From an uncultured Planctomycetota bacterium (GTDB taxonomy: Bacteria > Planctomycetota > Planctomycetia > Isosphaerales > Isosphaeraceae), in assembly GCA_963845755.1 (NCBI GenBank), contig CAWJTV010000029.1, positions 320,001 through 384,000 on the forward strand: DNA of 64,000 nt, written 5' to 3'. This document shows positions 1 to 9,543 of this stretch, piece after piece. A model generated the notes under the pieces. That model had not been told where the DNA came from, did not search any database, and saw only the letters and a list, made by a program, of their open reading frames with translations. Every line of letters begins with the position of its first letter. Positions within the stretch are counted from its first letter, which is position 1. A program made the translations under genes and the position numbers.

Positions 1-486
1 TGGTTTCCGCATGGATGGGTTCACATTATCGGGTCGAAGCGGCATCCTCTCCGTCGCTGGTCGAGGATGGTCCAGAAAAGTAATAGGATTCTAGCTTCGA
101 TCCGAGCGATTATCCAGCAGATTCTTGGCGACATCGCGTGCATTCAATCCGCGTAATCCTTCATGAGAATCAGGCCGCCGGCGATCCTCGCGACGGACCG
201 AGTCGATGGATGGAGAGCACTCGAAGAGGCCGTTCCCGACATCCTGTTCGTCAACTCGACTCCCCCCCGTCCTGGTGTCTTCGCGTGCTCTCCTTTTACG
301 CCCATCTCCGGAGCCGGCCGCAGGACCGCGGATCGTTGCGAGCAATCGGATCTCGGAGTGTCTGAAAGCCTGGGGTCGAACATCCCCGATTCACCGCCGA
401 ATGATCGGGAAAGTTACCCGGAAAAAGAATTGATACCTGTCCACAATATTGAAGTTATGATTCGGCCTAGAATCGTTCTCAGCCGC

Positions 487-2478
487 TCAGAACCCCGAGA
501 GAGTCGATGCAGTCTTTCGCCTCCGCTTCCGGGCCGAAGGCGTTGAGAGGAACCGATATCCGCTAATCGCGATTGCGGCCGCGCCGAGGACCCGGGGAAC
601 CTCGCCTCCGGGGCGTTCGGATCGGTCCTCGGGGATCGGATCGATCGAGCTCGAGGGGGGAACCGTGGCCGGCTGCGCGGGTCTCGCCTCCAGACCGTCA
701 CTCGTTGGAAGGTCCGATAACGGATCGGGTGCGATCGATGGCGGAGCCGGCGTTTCCCAGGGGCCCGGTGCGGCCTTGGCCGGGGAAACCTCGGAGGTTG
801 CCGACGGGCCCTGCTGCTCGACCTCAACGGTGTCCACGAGCGAATCCACGGGAGTGTCGGATCCTGTTGACCACCGGATCGCCTCCGACGGTCCCGAGCG
901 GCCTTGCCCCAGCGCGTTCGCCGGGACGGCGATCGTCGCGGCCGAAGTCGTGAGCGAGGACGTCGGCTGTGATGGCGAGGAAAGACTCGCGGTGACCTGC
1001 GAGCCGGTGCCCTGTACCGGCAGGGCGGTGAGTGATTGAACCGTTGACGCGGAAGCTGTCGCCGAGGCGACGGTTGTTCCCGTCAAGAGCGCCGAACTGG
1101 AAGTCGTCGAAGACCCGTTCGCGCCGTTCGATGATGAGGTGACGACGACGAAGTGTTGATTCGAGCCCGAATGTGGCGAGGCCGAGGTCGAAGCCGAGGC
1201 AGCCGGTGAGGTGGCCGTTACGCCGCTGGCCGAGAGCAGGTCGGGCACGAGGACGTTGGCCACGGGAGTGCCCAGACCGGTGACCAGGTCGTACCCCGGA
1301 CTCGCGGAATAGCCGTTGAAACCGCTCGTGATGTCGTGGAAGGCATTACTGGGTACGGAGTAGAGCTGGGTCTGCAACTGGTTGGTGCTGAGCGGACCCT
1401 TACCGGCAAGGGCGAGTCCCTGGTCCGTGACGGCCACCAGTCCAGCCCAGGCCGGAGCCGCCGCGCTGGTGCCGCCGACCTCGAACCAGCCCGATTGTCC
1501 GGAGTCGCCGACGGAATCATACACCGCGACGCCGGTGCCCGCGTTGAACGAGACGTCGGGGGTCGTGCGGATGCCGAAGTTCAAGCCGGCCGCGGTCAAT
1601 GTGGCGGCCTGATAGGACGGCATGGCGAGGCTATACCAGTATCCATTATCGAGGCCGCTGAAGCCGCCGGTACTGTCGGTCCAGCCCGTCTCCGAGCTGT
1701 AGGTGTTCCCCGAGCCGACGGTCAAGTCCGTGCCGCCAACCGCCAGGACGTTGGGCGAGACCGAGGGGAACGTCGGACCGGACCAGGCCCCCTGGTCGCC
1801 GGACGCGGCGACGAACGTCTCGTTGGTATGACCCGCCGGAGTCGTGAAAACGTTTTCATTCTCCCACTCGCCGTAATACTCGCTGGTCCCCCAGCTCATC
1901 GAGACCACGCTGACGCCGGGGAGTTTGCTCGCGGCCGTGACGGCACTGTAGAGCGAGTTCAGGCTGGCGCTCGGGGCCTCGACCAGGACGATGTTGGCCC
2001 CGGGCGCCATGGCGTGGGCCCACTCGACGTCCAGTGAGGTCTCAAGGGCCCATCCCGGGTCGGTCGTCGTGGCACCCAGGTTGTCCACCTTGAAGGAGGG
2101 AGGGGCCGAAAGATTGTAGGTCTTGTCGAAGGCGGCGAGGTCCGCCGTGATGTTGGGATCGTTGTAGGCGTCGACGATCGCGATCGTCTGACCTGCCCCA
2201 TTGCCCTTGATGCCGCCGGAGAACGAGATTTGATTGATCCCGTAGGCGCCCTGGACCTCCTGAGGCGTCAAGGCCGAAGATCCGCCGACGGCCATCGACG
2301 TCATGTCGATAGCCGGCTGAGCGGCGATCTGACCCAGATCCGGCACGGTCGTCCCGGTGGAGAGGAGTTGTCGAGTCTCCAGCGACTCGCAGAGGAAGCT
2401 GTATCGCCTGGGCCGACGTGAAGAAAACGAGGCGGGGACATGCCGGTAAACCGTGCGGACCGGGTTGAGCAAGCGCAT
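487..2478 (-). CDS. S53 (sedolisin/kumamolisin-like) serine peptidase with planctomycete extracellular leader and Ser/Thr/Pro-rich tail
   Basis: Motifs WALETSLDVEWAH (Glu/Asp), ASGDQG, VGGTSAAAP (Ser) and YDLVTGLGTP. Leader RRYSFLCESLETRQLLS. ATG at 2478, preceded by GAGGT, is preferred over the ORF-track start at 3141. Confidence 0.9.
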   Translation of the reverse strand: MRLLNPVRTVYRHVPASFSSRRPRRYSFLCESLETRQLLSTGTTVPDLGQIAAQPAIDMTSMAVGGSSALTPQEVQGAYGINQISFSGGIKGNGAGQTIAIVDAYNDPNITADLAAFDKTYNLSAPPSFKVDNLGATTTDPGWALETSLDVEWAHAMAPGANIVLVEAPSASLNSLYSAVTAASKLPGVSVVSMSWGTSEYYGEWENENVFTTPAGHTNETFVAASGDQGAWSGPTFPSVSPNVLAVGGTDLTVGSGNTYSSETGWTDSTGGFSGLDNGYWYSLAMPSYQAATLTAAGLNFGIRTTPDVSFNAGTGVAVYDSVGDSGQSGWFEVGGTSAAAPAWAGLVAVTDQGLALAGKGPLSTNQLQTQLYSVPSNAFHDITSGFNGYSASPGYDLVTGLGTPVANVLVPDLLSASGVTATSPAASASTSASPHSGSNQHFVVVTSSSNGANGSSTTSSSALLTGTTVASATASASTVQSLTALPVQGTGSQVTASLSSPSQPTSSLTTSAATIAVPANALGQGRSGPSEAIRWSTGSDTPVDSLVDTVEVEQQGPSATSEVSPAKAAPGPWETPAPPSIAPDPLSDLPTSDGLEARPAQPATVPPSSSIDPIPEDRSERPGGEVPRVLGAAAIAISGYRFLSTPSARKRRRKTASTLSGF

Positions 2479-3649
2479 GGTGATCGACCTCACCCTGATG
2501 TCGGTTTCGTGGTTGCAGGTATCGAACTCGATCTCTACCAAGGACGTTGGGCTGATCCTGGGGTGACGACGTCCCGGGTGCTCTCCGCCTCCGACCTGGG
2601 GGGGCTCGTGCCCAGCCAGTTCATTGCAACGCCGCGCGACCCGAGGGCCACGGCATCTCGATCCGAGGTGGAGGCGAGGACCGATCGTCCCGCCCGACGG
2701 TTGGCCAGCCCTATCCAGCGACGGGGATGATTCGGTGCCATCGGGAGGACTATGAAGGAATACGGAAACCATCGGACGAAGCGCGCAAAAAAACTTTCGA
2801 CAAGACTCGGCGATCGGCGATCCGCGATAGGAGTGGTGTGGTGACCGGCCCCGAGAACCCGAGTGAGCATCGGCGATGATCGGGGGCCACACCCGCTCGG
2901 CTCGTTCGTCGCCGACACGGCAGTGCCGACCGCGAATCGTGTCACGGGTTGGCACAAATGGGCAGTGATTTGCCGGGCCGCCCTCGCCGATCTCGCTGGT
3001 CCGAAACGAGTTCGGGATGAGTGCGTCCCGGCGCGGATCGGTCCGGTTGTTGACCCGCGCATTCGGAGGGCGGAAGGCTCCAGTTTGTCCACTAGATCGG
3101 TCTCGGAAGGCCCATGACAGCGCTGGGAGGTGGTACAGCATCGTGCCCTATTTAATAGGATGCCTCAGCTTTGGAAAACCGTTAATGCACCTAGTCCCGA
3201 AATCGGGGATTTGCACTTCCGAACTCTCAATCACGTCAGGGATTACGAAAATCGAAAAAATATTTTTCATGGTGGATTAGGGCCTGGTTCAAGTCGCTCG
3301 GAGCCAGGGTAACACTTTTCGCGATGGACGGCGGCGTTGTTCCGGCCGTAAACTGTGGTCGAGCAAAACTTTCCCGCCAAGCTGGCCTTAGGCTTTACGC
3401 CGCAAAGTGTTACTCGGGTCTGAACCGAGCCCGATTCTCTGTTCCGCTAGCCACCCCGGTCTCCACCTGACGATTCCGGTTGTGCTCCGGATCGCCAACC
3501 TCCGGGCCGCCGCTCTCCGGCCCGCGCCCAGTCATGGGCCTCGGCATGTGCCACGCCGAGCTTCCGATAGCAACGGAGAAGAGTGTGTTTCACCGCCGCT
3601 GCACACCATTCGGCCAAGGGGGTTCCGGCGGGTCGGGCGCGATGAACAA

Positions 3650-3958
3650 CTAAGGGCGATCGGCGGCTTGCTCGTACTTCACCCGCAGCGCGTCGTAGTG
3701 CTCGACCAATTGATCGTACGCCGCGCTGGTCCGGTTGTCGTAGTAAAACGATGAACTCCGCCGATTACTCCGCCGACTCGTCCGGTAATCCTGCTCGTCC
3801 ATGATTGCGGCACTCACCTTTTGTGCGAACATCTCGGCACGTCGCTGGAACGACCCGCGGCGGCGTCGCAGCCCCTCGACGGTCCCCATCACCACGGCCA
3901 GGACCGCCATCGCGACCATCATCCGCCGCACCCTAAACCGCACGCGAGGTAGTGGCAT
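3650..3958 (-). CDS. small hypothetical membrane protein
   Basis: GGAGG before the ATG. N-terminus RFRVRRMMVAMAVLAVVMG is a basic stretch followed by a hydrophobic helix. Confidence 0.65.
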   Translation of the reverse strand: MPLPRVRFRVRRMMVAMAVLAVVMGTVEGLRRRRGSFQRRAEMFAQKVSAAIMDEQDYRTSRRSNRRSSSFYYDNRTSAAYDQLVEHYDALRVKYEQAADRP

Positions 3959-4451
3959 GGCTGGTGCCTCCTCCCCTACTCAACTCATGGAAGATGCCGC
4001 GTCCTCGGGATCCGAATGAAGTTCGTTGTTTTGGATCTTCTGGAAATCGTGTGGGTAGTTCTCATGGTCTGGAGCTCAGATCCGGCTCGGGTTGCGAGCG
4101 CCAAGGGTCAACCCGTTGAGGGGAAAAACGGGGACATAGCGATTTCATAGATGCTCATTCATTTCTAAAACATCTAAACTAAATCACTCTGTTCTAGTTT
4201 TGCCCGCTGGATCAACGGACGACGAATGAAGCCACGGCCACGATCGCCGCCGCAATCCCGCACGCCGACACCTTCCGCCAGATTCCAAGGCCGATATGCA
4301 TATCCGTTATTCCAAGACTTGTCTCGCCGGACGAATCACTCAGCCTCAACTCGAATTCCTGTCTCTGTCGGTCCTGAAGCCCTCTCGTTACACTAACGCA
4401 AATGCCTTCGATTCTCCACATTTCGGCCTCAAACCGACAAGGAGCCCTTTT

Positions 4452-5774
4452 ATGCGACTCGTCGCGCTATCTGGCTTGCTGATTTGCTCATTGGCTGCCA
4501 CTCTCCGCGCCGCCGGCAACGACGCCGACCGCTTCCTCGAAACCGCGAAGAAATTGATCCAAGCCATCAACAGCGATGACTCGCCCGCCATCCAGGCAAG
4601 CTTCGACGCTCAGATGCAGCAGGCCTTGCCGCCCGACAAGGCCACTCCCTTTTTCCGCGGACTTGTGTCCGCCAAAGGCAAGTTAAAGGAAGCCGGCGTG
4701 CCACAAGTCACCGGTCCCACCGCCATCGTGCGAGTGACGGCCGAGCGCGGAGCCTGGGACTTCAAAATCAGCCTGAATCCCTCGGGCAAGATCGCCGGAC
4801 TGCTCATCACCGAGGCCGCTGCTGAAGCGTCCGCGCCCGCTTCCGCCCAGCGCTTCACCAAGGTGGCCAACAAACTCATTCGGGCGATCAATAGCGACGA
4901 TTCGGCGGCCATCCAGGCAAGCTTCGACGCTCAGATGCAGCAGGCCTTGCCGCCCGACAAGGCCGCTCCCTTTTTCCGCGGACTTGTGTCCGCCAAAGGC
5001 AAGTTAAAAGACGCCGGCGTCCCTCAAGTCACCGGCCCCACCGCCATCGTGCGAGTGACGGCCGAGCGCGGAGCCTGGGATTTCAAAATCACCCTCGACG
5101 CGTCCGACAAGATTTCCGGTCTATCCGTGACCCCGCCCGGTTCCGGTCCGGCGGCCGACTCGACGGCCGTCCCGCGCAGCCGCACCCCCATGCAGCTTCC
5201 GTTTCGAGGCGAGTGGTACGTCTTTGGGGGCGGCGACAACGAAAAGGTCAACAACCATGTCTCCGCGCGTGGCCAGCGCCGCGCCGCCGATATCATTATC
5301 AAAGGTGCCGACGACCTCTCTCACAAAGGTACCGGTCGCCGCAACGAAGATTACTTTGTTTACGGGAAGCAAATCCTGGCCGCAGCCCCCGGCACCGTCG
5401 TCACCGCGATCGACGGCGTCCCCGATAACGAGCCAGGCTCCATGAACCCTTTGTGCGCCGTCGGAAACTGCCTGATCATTGACCAGGGCTCCAACGAGTA
5501 CGCCGTCTACGCGCATCTCAAGCCCGGCTCCCTGCGCGTCCACCGCGGCGACAAGGTCCGCAAGGGCCAGGTGCTCGCCCTCTGCGGCAACAGCGGCAAT
5601 TCCAGCGAGCCCCACCTCCATTTTCATCTGCAGGATAACGCCATCCTTCAGGACGGCGCCGGCATCACTCCCTATTTCACCAACGTCAAGTGCCGCCGCG
5701 GCGATGCCACCCTAACTGATGCCGAATACACCTTCCTCCAAGGCGACCACATTCAGTCCGCAACCAAGAAGTAA
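4452..5774 (+). CDS. secreted M23 family metallopeptidase with two tandem DUF3887-like N-terminal domains
   Basis: Signal peptide MRLVALSGLLICSLAA. M23 motifs YAHL, GNSGNSSEPHLHFHL and ILAAAPGTV. 107-aa internal repeat. AAGGAG upstream of ATG 4452. Confidence 0.85.
   Translation: MRLVALSGLLICSLAATLRAAGNDADRFLETAKKLIQAINSDDSPAIQASFDAQMQQALPPDKATPFFRGLVSAKGKLKEAGVPQVTGPTAIVRVTAERGAWDFKISLNPSGKIAGLLITEAAAEASAPASAQRFTKVANKLIRAINSDDSAAIQASFDAQMQQALPPDKAAPFFRGLVSAKGKLKDAGVPQVTGPTAIVRVTAERGAWDFKITLDASDKISGLSVTPPGSGPAADSTAVPRSRTPMQLPFRGEWYVFGGGDNEKVNNHVSARGQRRAADIIIKGADDLSHKGTGRRNEDYFVYGKQILAAAPGTVVTAIDGVPDNEPGSMNPLCAVGNCLIIDQGSNEYAVYAHLKPGSLRVHRGDKVRKGQVLALCGNSGNSSEPHLHFHLQDNAILQDGAGITPYFTNVKCRRGDATLTDAEYTFLQGDHIQSATKK
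4587..5091 (+). repeat. intragenic direct repeat (4587-4770 and 4908-5091, offset 321 bp)
   Basis: Near-identical nucleotide copies running from gccatccaggcaagcttcgacgctcag to ttcaaaatca. Confidence 0.95.
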
Positions 5775-5966
5775 CCCAGTCCTGATCACCCTGACCTCTC
5801 GCTCGTGGGTGGCTGGGGACGTATTGCCGTCCTCCGTGGTGAGCCCCATAGGCGTTAACTTAAGGGCCTGATCCGTAAAGGCCGACCGTCGTTTTCCTGG
5901 GGGAATGCCGGCACTCCGCAGGCGATCCCGTTTTGGAGGTGTGATGCCCCGATCGTTGGGAGGGAT

Positions 5967-6105
5967 CTCGTTCCCACGGTCTCCTTGGGAATGCCGCCTG
6001 GGATGCTCTGCGTCCCTCCCACCTGAGTCCTTCCCGCCTCCGCCGGTCGGGTCGGACGACGCGGAGCGTCGAGGACGGCATTCCCACGGGGACCGTGGGA
6101 ACGAG
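5967..6105. repeat. REP-like palindromic element (CTCGTTCCCACG...CGTGGGAACGAG family)
   Basis: Nested inverted repeats. A short copy of the same family lies at 23638-23666. Confidence 0.8.
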
Positions 6106-6327
6106 GGACTCCGGACCCGGGGTGGTCTTGCACGCGACGCCTCGAGAGGCCCAGGCCGGCGATCCGGCCGCCGCGCGGGCCACCTTGCAGCGAGCCAGGC
6201 AATTCATCGTCCGAGGTCATGAGCCGGCGGGCCACCGCCTCGTCGACGAACCTCACCCTCTTGACCGTGTCGAGAAGTGGAGGCGAAATCCCGTCGAGGA
6301 ACCGCAACCGTGTTGAGGTCATGAGCG

Positions 6328-7197
6328 ATGGCAAGCCGCACGCAGCGCGTCGCAATCGCCCGCGAGACGTTGGCGATCCTGGAAGCCGGCGGCTACCGGG
6401 CCCCGACCGGCCGCCAGGTCTCGATCGGCGACCAGCTCGCGTCGGCGCGGGACCGGTCGGTCCTGTACACGCCCGACGGGCACGACGAGGTCGCTCGACG
6501 TTGTACGGCGATCCTCGGCCAGTGCCCCGACCGCCCTCGGGTCGGCTTCGAAACGATCAACGCAACCACGCTGCACGCGATGCGTCGTCTGGTCGCTGAC
6601 GACCCGGGCGCTCGCGTATTGGCCCTGAACTTCGCATCGGCCAGGAACCCGGGTGGAGGATTCCTCAATGGGAGCCAGGCACAGGAGGAGAGCCTGGCGC
6701 GGGCGTCTGGTCTGTACGCCTGCATCAACCCGCTCCAGGCGATGTACGAGGCCAACCGCCGATGCGCCTCCTGCTTCTACACCGATCACATGATCTACTC
6801 GCCCGACGTGCCGGTGTTCCGGGACCATGACGATGTCCTCCTGGACGAGCCCTATCCGGTCTCATTCGTCACCGCACCGGCCGTGAACGCCGGAGTGGTC
6901 CGCATCAAGGAACCGCGGGACGTGGTCCGGATCGAACCGGTGATGCTCGCCCGCATCGAGAAGGTCCTATCTCTTGCGGTCGTGAACGGTCACGACATGC
7001 TGGTGCTGGGGGCCTGGGGATGCGGCGTCTTCGGCAACGACCCGAGGCAAGTCGCCGGCGGCTTCGCGCGGCACCTCACCGGCGAGGGGGGGTTCCGCTC
7101 GGCATTCCGCAGGGTCATCTTCGCCGTGCTTGATCGGACACCCGAACGGTCAACGATCGCGCCATTCGAGCATCACTTCGGCTCGGCGAACTCTTGA
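6328..7197 (+). CDS. TIGR02452 family protein (bacterial PARG-like macrodomain ADP-ribose glycohydrolase)
   Basis: LNFASARNPGGGFLNGSQAQEESLARASGLY (GGG-x6-QEE signature), IYSPDVPVFR and LVLGAWGCGVFGNDP. Confidence 0.92.
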   Translation: MASRTQRVAIARETLAILEAGGYRAPTGRQVSIGDQLASARDRSVLYTPDGHDEVARRCTAILGQCPDRPRVGFETINATTLHAMRRLVADDPGARVLALNFASARNPGGGFLNGSQAQEESLARASGLYACINPLQAMYEANRRCASCFYTDHMIYSPDVPVFRDHDDVLLDEPYPVSFVTAPAVNAGVVRIKEPRDVVRIEPVMLARIEKVLSLAVVNGHDMLVLGAWGCGVFGNDPRQVAGGFARHLTGEGGFRSAFRRVIFAVLDRTPERSTIAPFEHHFGSANS

Positions 7198-7296
7198 CGG
7201 TGAGCCGCCCTCGACGCCCGACTCGCGGCAGCGCCCGGGGAGCCCGATCGGGAATCCGGAGTCTTGAATCGCTCCCGGTCAACTCTCGACTCTCGA

Positions 7297-7690
7297 CAAT
7301 GTCCCGATCCACGCACCGCCATCGCCGAGGAACGCGCGGGCCTGCGCCGCGAAGAAGTTCCGCCGCTGCGCCTCGGCTGCCACCATCGGGCCGAACGCCT
7401 CGCTCGAAGCCAGCGTGGCCTGGCACGTCCGCACCAGCGGCTCGGGCGGCCACGCGGTCCCTCCTCGTCCGCCGCCGGCTCGAAGACGGTCAAAGCCGGC
7501 GGCGCTTCATCGCCGGGATCGGTCACGTCGTCCAGCGCCCCTTGACCGCTGACCCCTTGGACCAGTTCGACGACCTCGCGCTTCCGGGTGAAGCACCGCG
7601 GCAGCTCGGGATGGGGGTCCTGCTCATGGACCTCGGTGTGCATCGTCAAGAGGTTCGCGACCTTGTCCTCGCGCCACGCCGGGTCGGCCG
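7297..7690 (-). pseudogene. internal fragment of an ISKra4-like transposase
   Basis: WREDKVANLLTM...DPHPELPRCF, then in another frame LVRTCQATLASSEAFGPMVAAEAQRRNFF..RAFLGDG. Both align by eye with the transposase at 18822-20321. Both ends are missing. Confidence 0.8.
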
Positions 7691-8153
7691 GCGGGCTGAT
7701 CGCAACTGGGTGTTGACGGAACCGCTGGGCAGCCCTATGATCAACGACGGCCTGGGAGGATAGGGCTTCATGGCGATACGCCTCGAGCGCACGACCCATG
7801 GTCAAGACCGAAGGGGGGCAGCACGATGCGGTCCGGTCTTTCCCCTTCGGGATTGGAACCCAGGCGGCAAATCGACCCCATCTGTTCCCAAGTGCACTCT
7901 GCCTTATCTCCCAACCCCGGTTTCTCCATCTCACGCTGAACCACGACACGGGCACGGGGAATTCGGCACAAGACTTGCTAATTTTTTCGTCGGCGGGCGT
8001 CGTGTCTGGCAGCCCGCGGCGACCCCGAGTTGACGACCACCGCGACATCTCCAGTTTTCCGGCGAGAAGAGGCACCTCCAGGTTTCGGCGGACGCTCGGG
8101 TCGGACCTCGGCACGGGACTCCCGAATCATCCGGATTGGGAAGGATCGCTCTG

Positions 8154-9038
8154 ATGCCTCGGCAGATAAACGCCTTCGCGCTCTCGTTCCTGGCCGTCTG
8201 CTGGCTTTGCCATCACCCCGCGGCCGGGGGTCAGGTCAGTACTCCGCTCCAGACCCGGTCCATCCCGATGACGCCGACCGATTGGGGCGCGGGAACGATC
8301 GGCGTCCCGGATCCCCTCAACTTTCAGCGGTTCGACCCCAGCCTGGGCACCTTGACCGACGTCGAGATCACGCTGAGCCTGACTATTCGCAATGATTACA
8401 TGTTGGTCTTCCCCTCAACGCCCACTCCCACGACGCTCTACCTCGCGACGTCTCAGACCACAGACCCCAGCGTACTGGCCAACCCAAGCCTGGTCCGGCA
8501 ACTTACGGATGGTCCGAGGGAGACGTTGATGGCTCCCGACGGCATCACAACGATCTTCGGCGGCTCGGCAACGACGCTGCCGGTCGATGTCGTGTCCCTG
8601 ACCGAGCCAGGCGGCACCTGGTCGTCGATGCTGCCAGTCACCGACCCGCATTTCATCGCTCCTTCGATCGTCAACCTCACGCTCACGCGCACGCTCGATG
8701 CTTCCACGGCTTCGCTGCTAGCGGAATTCATCGGGAGCGGCGGGGGCGGGATCGATCTGAGCGACACGGCGGTCGCCAACTCGAGCTTCTACTCCAACAG
8801 CGGCAATGGCGGCGGTATGGTCCTGACCAGCGCCAGCGCGACCGTCACGATCCAGTACTCGTACATCCCCAGTGTGGCCTCGATCCCCGAACCCTCGAGT
8901 CTCGTCCTGCTGGGTCTGGGAGCGGGTATCACCCTCCTCGCCGCCGGGCGTCGTCTGCCGCACTGCGGGCCCCGCCCGGAGCGATCGCGCGTGAACGGAT
9001 CGCGGTCGGCCCGGTCTGCGGTCCTCTCATCGGGATGA
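8154..9038 (+). CDS. PEP-CTERM protein with choice-of-anchor E-like domain
   Basis: Signal peptide, FQRFDPSLGTLTDVEITL, ASATVTIQYSY, and C-terminal IPEPSSLVLLGLGAGITLLAAGRR. Confidence 0.85.
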   Translation: MPRQINAFALSFLAVCWLCHHPAAGGQVSTPLQTRSIPMTPTDWGAGTIGVPDPLNFQRFDPSLGTLTDVEITLSLTIRNDYMLVFPSTPTPTTLYLATSQTTDPSVLANPSLVRQLTDGPRETLMAPDGITTIFGGSATTLPVDVVSLTEPGGTWSSMLPVTDPHFIAPSIVNLTLTRTLDASTASLLAEFIGSGGGGIDLSDTAVANSSFYSNSGNGGGMVLTSASATVTIQYSYIPSVASIPEPSSLVLLGLGAGITLLAAGRRLPHCGPRPERSRVNGSRSARSAVLSSG

Positions 9039-9543
9039 CGGCCGCCGCGACCGGGCCGACCGGATCCGGATGCCGGCCGCGATCGGCTGGCCCGAGATTT
9101 CCGCATCATGCGGCATCGACGCGGCCGTCTTTTCGGGTCGGACGAGACGGTGCGGCGGACGCCGACTCGATTCCGGAGTTCGACTGATGCACCACGTCTC
9201 CCCGGACCGACTTAGTGAGCCGGAGGAGCAACCGACAGCGCTCCTCGGTCCGTCCGCCCTCGGTGGCGGGCCCTGCTTGATGAATTGAGGACGGGACCGG
9301 CGTCGAAGGTCCGTTTCGACATTGGTCACGGGATAGAGACGGGTCCCCGCCCAGGGAGGGGAGATCGACCCGTCATCGACCTCGGCCCGACGGGGCCAGG
9401 GCCGTTCTAGCGGCACCGGTGCGCCGGGGACGTGTCGGGAGAGCCGAGCGTCCTGCGCCCGACGGAGGCGACTTCGAGGTGCCGGCCGGCTCATTCCTCA
9501 ATCACGTGGACCGCCCGATCGGTCCATCGCAGGGGCCATCACC

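Noticed and set aside
2479..3141. 220-aa N-terminal extension of the S53 ORF
   Set aside because: The composition is not protein-like. The leader motif and RBS support a start at 2478.
5769..5860. Possible integron attC site after the M23 gene (TAAC...GTTA)
   Set aside because: The inner L boxes do not pair convincingly, and there is no integrase or second site.
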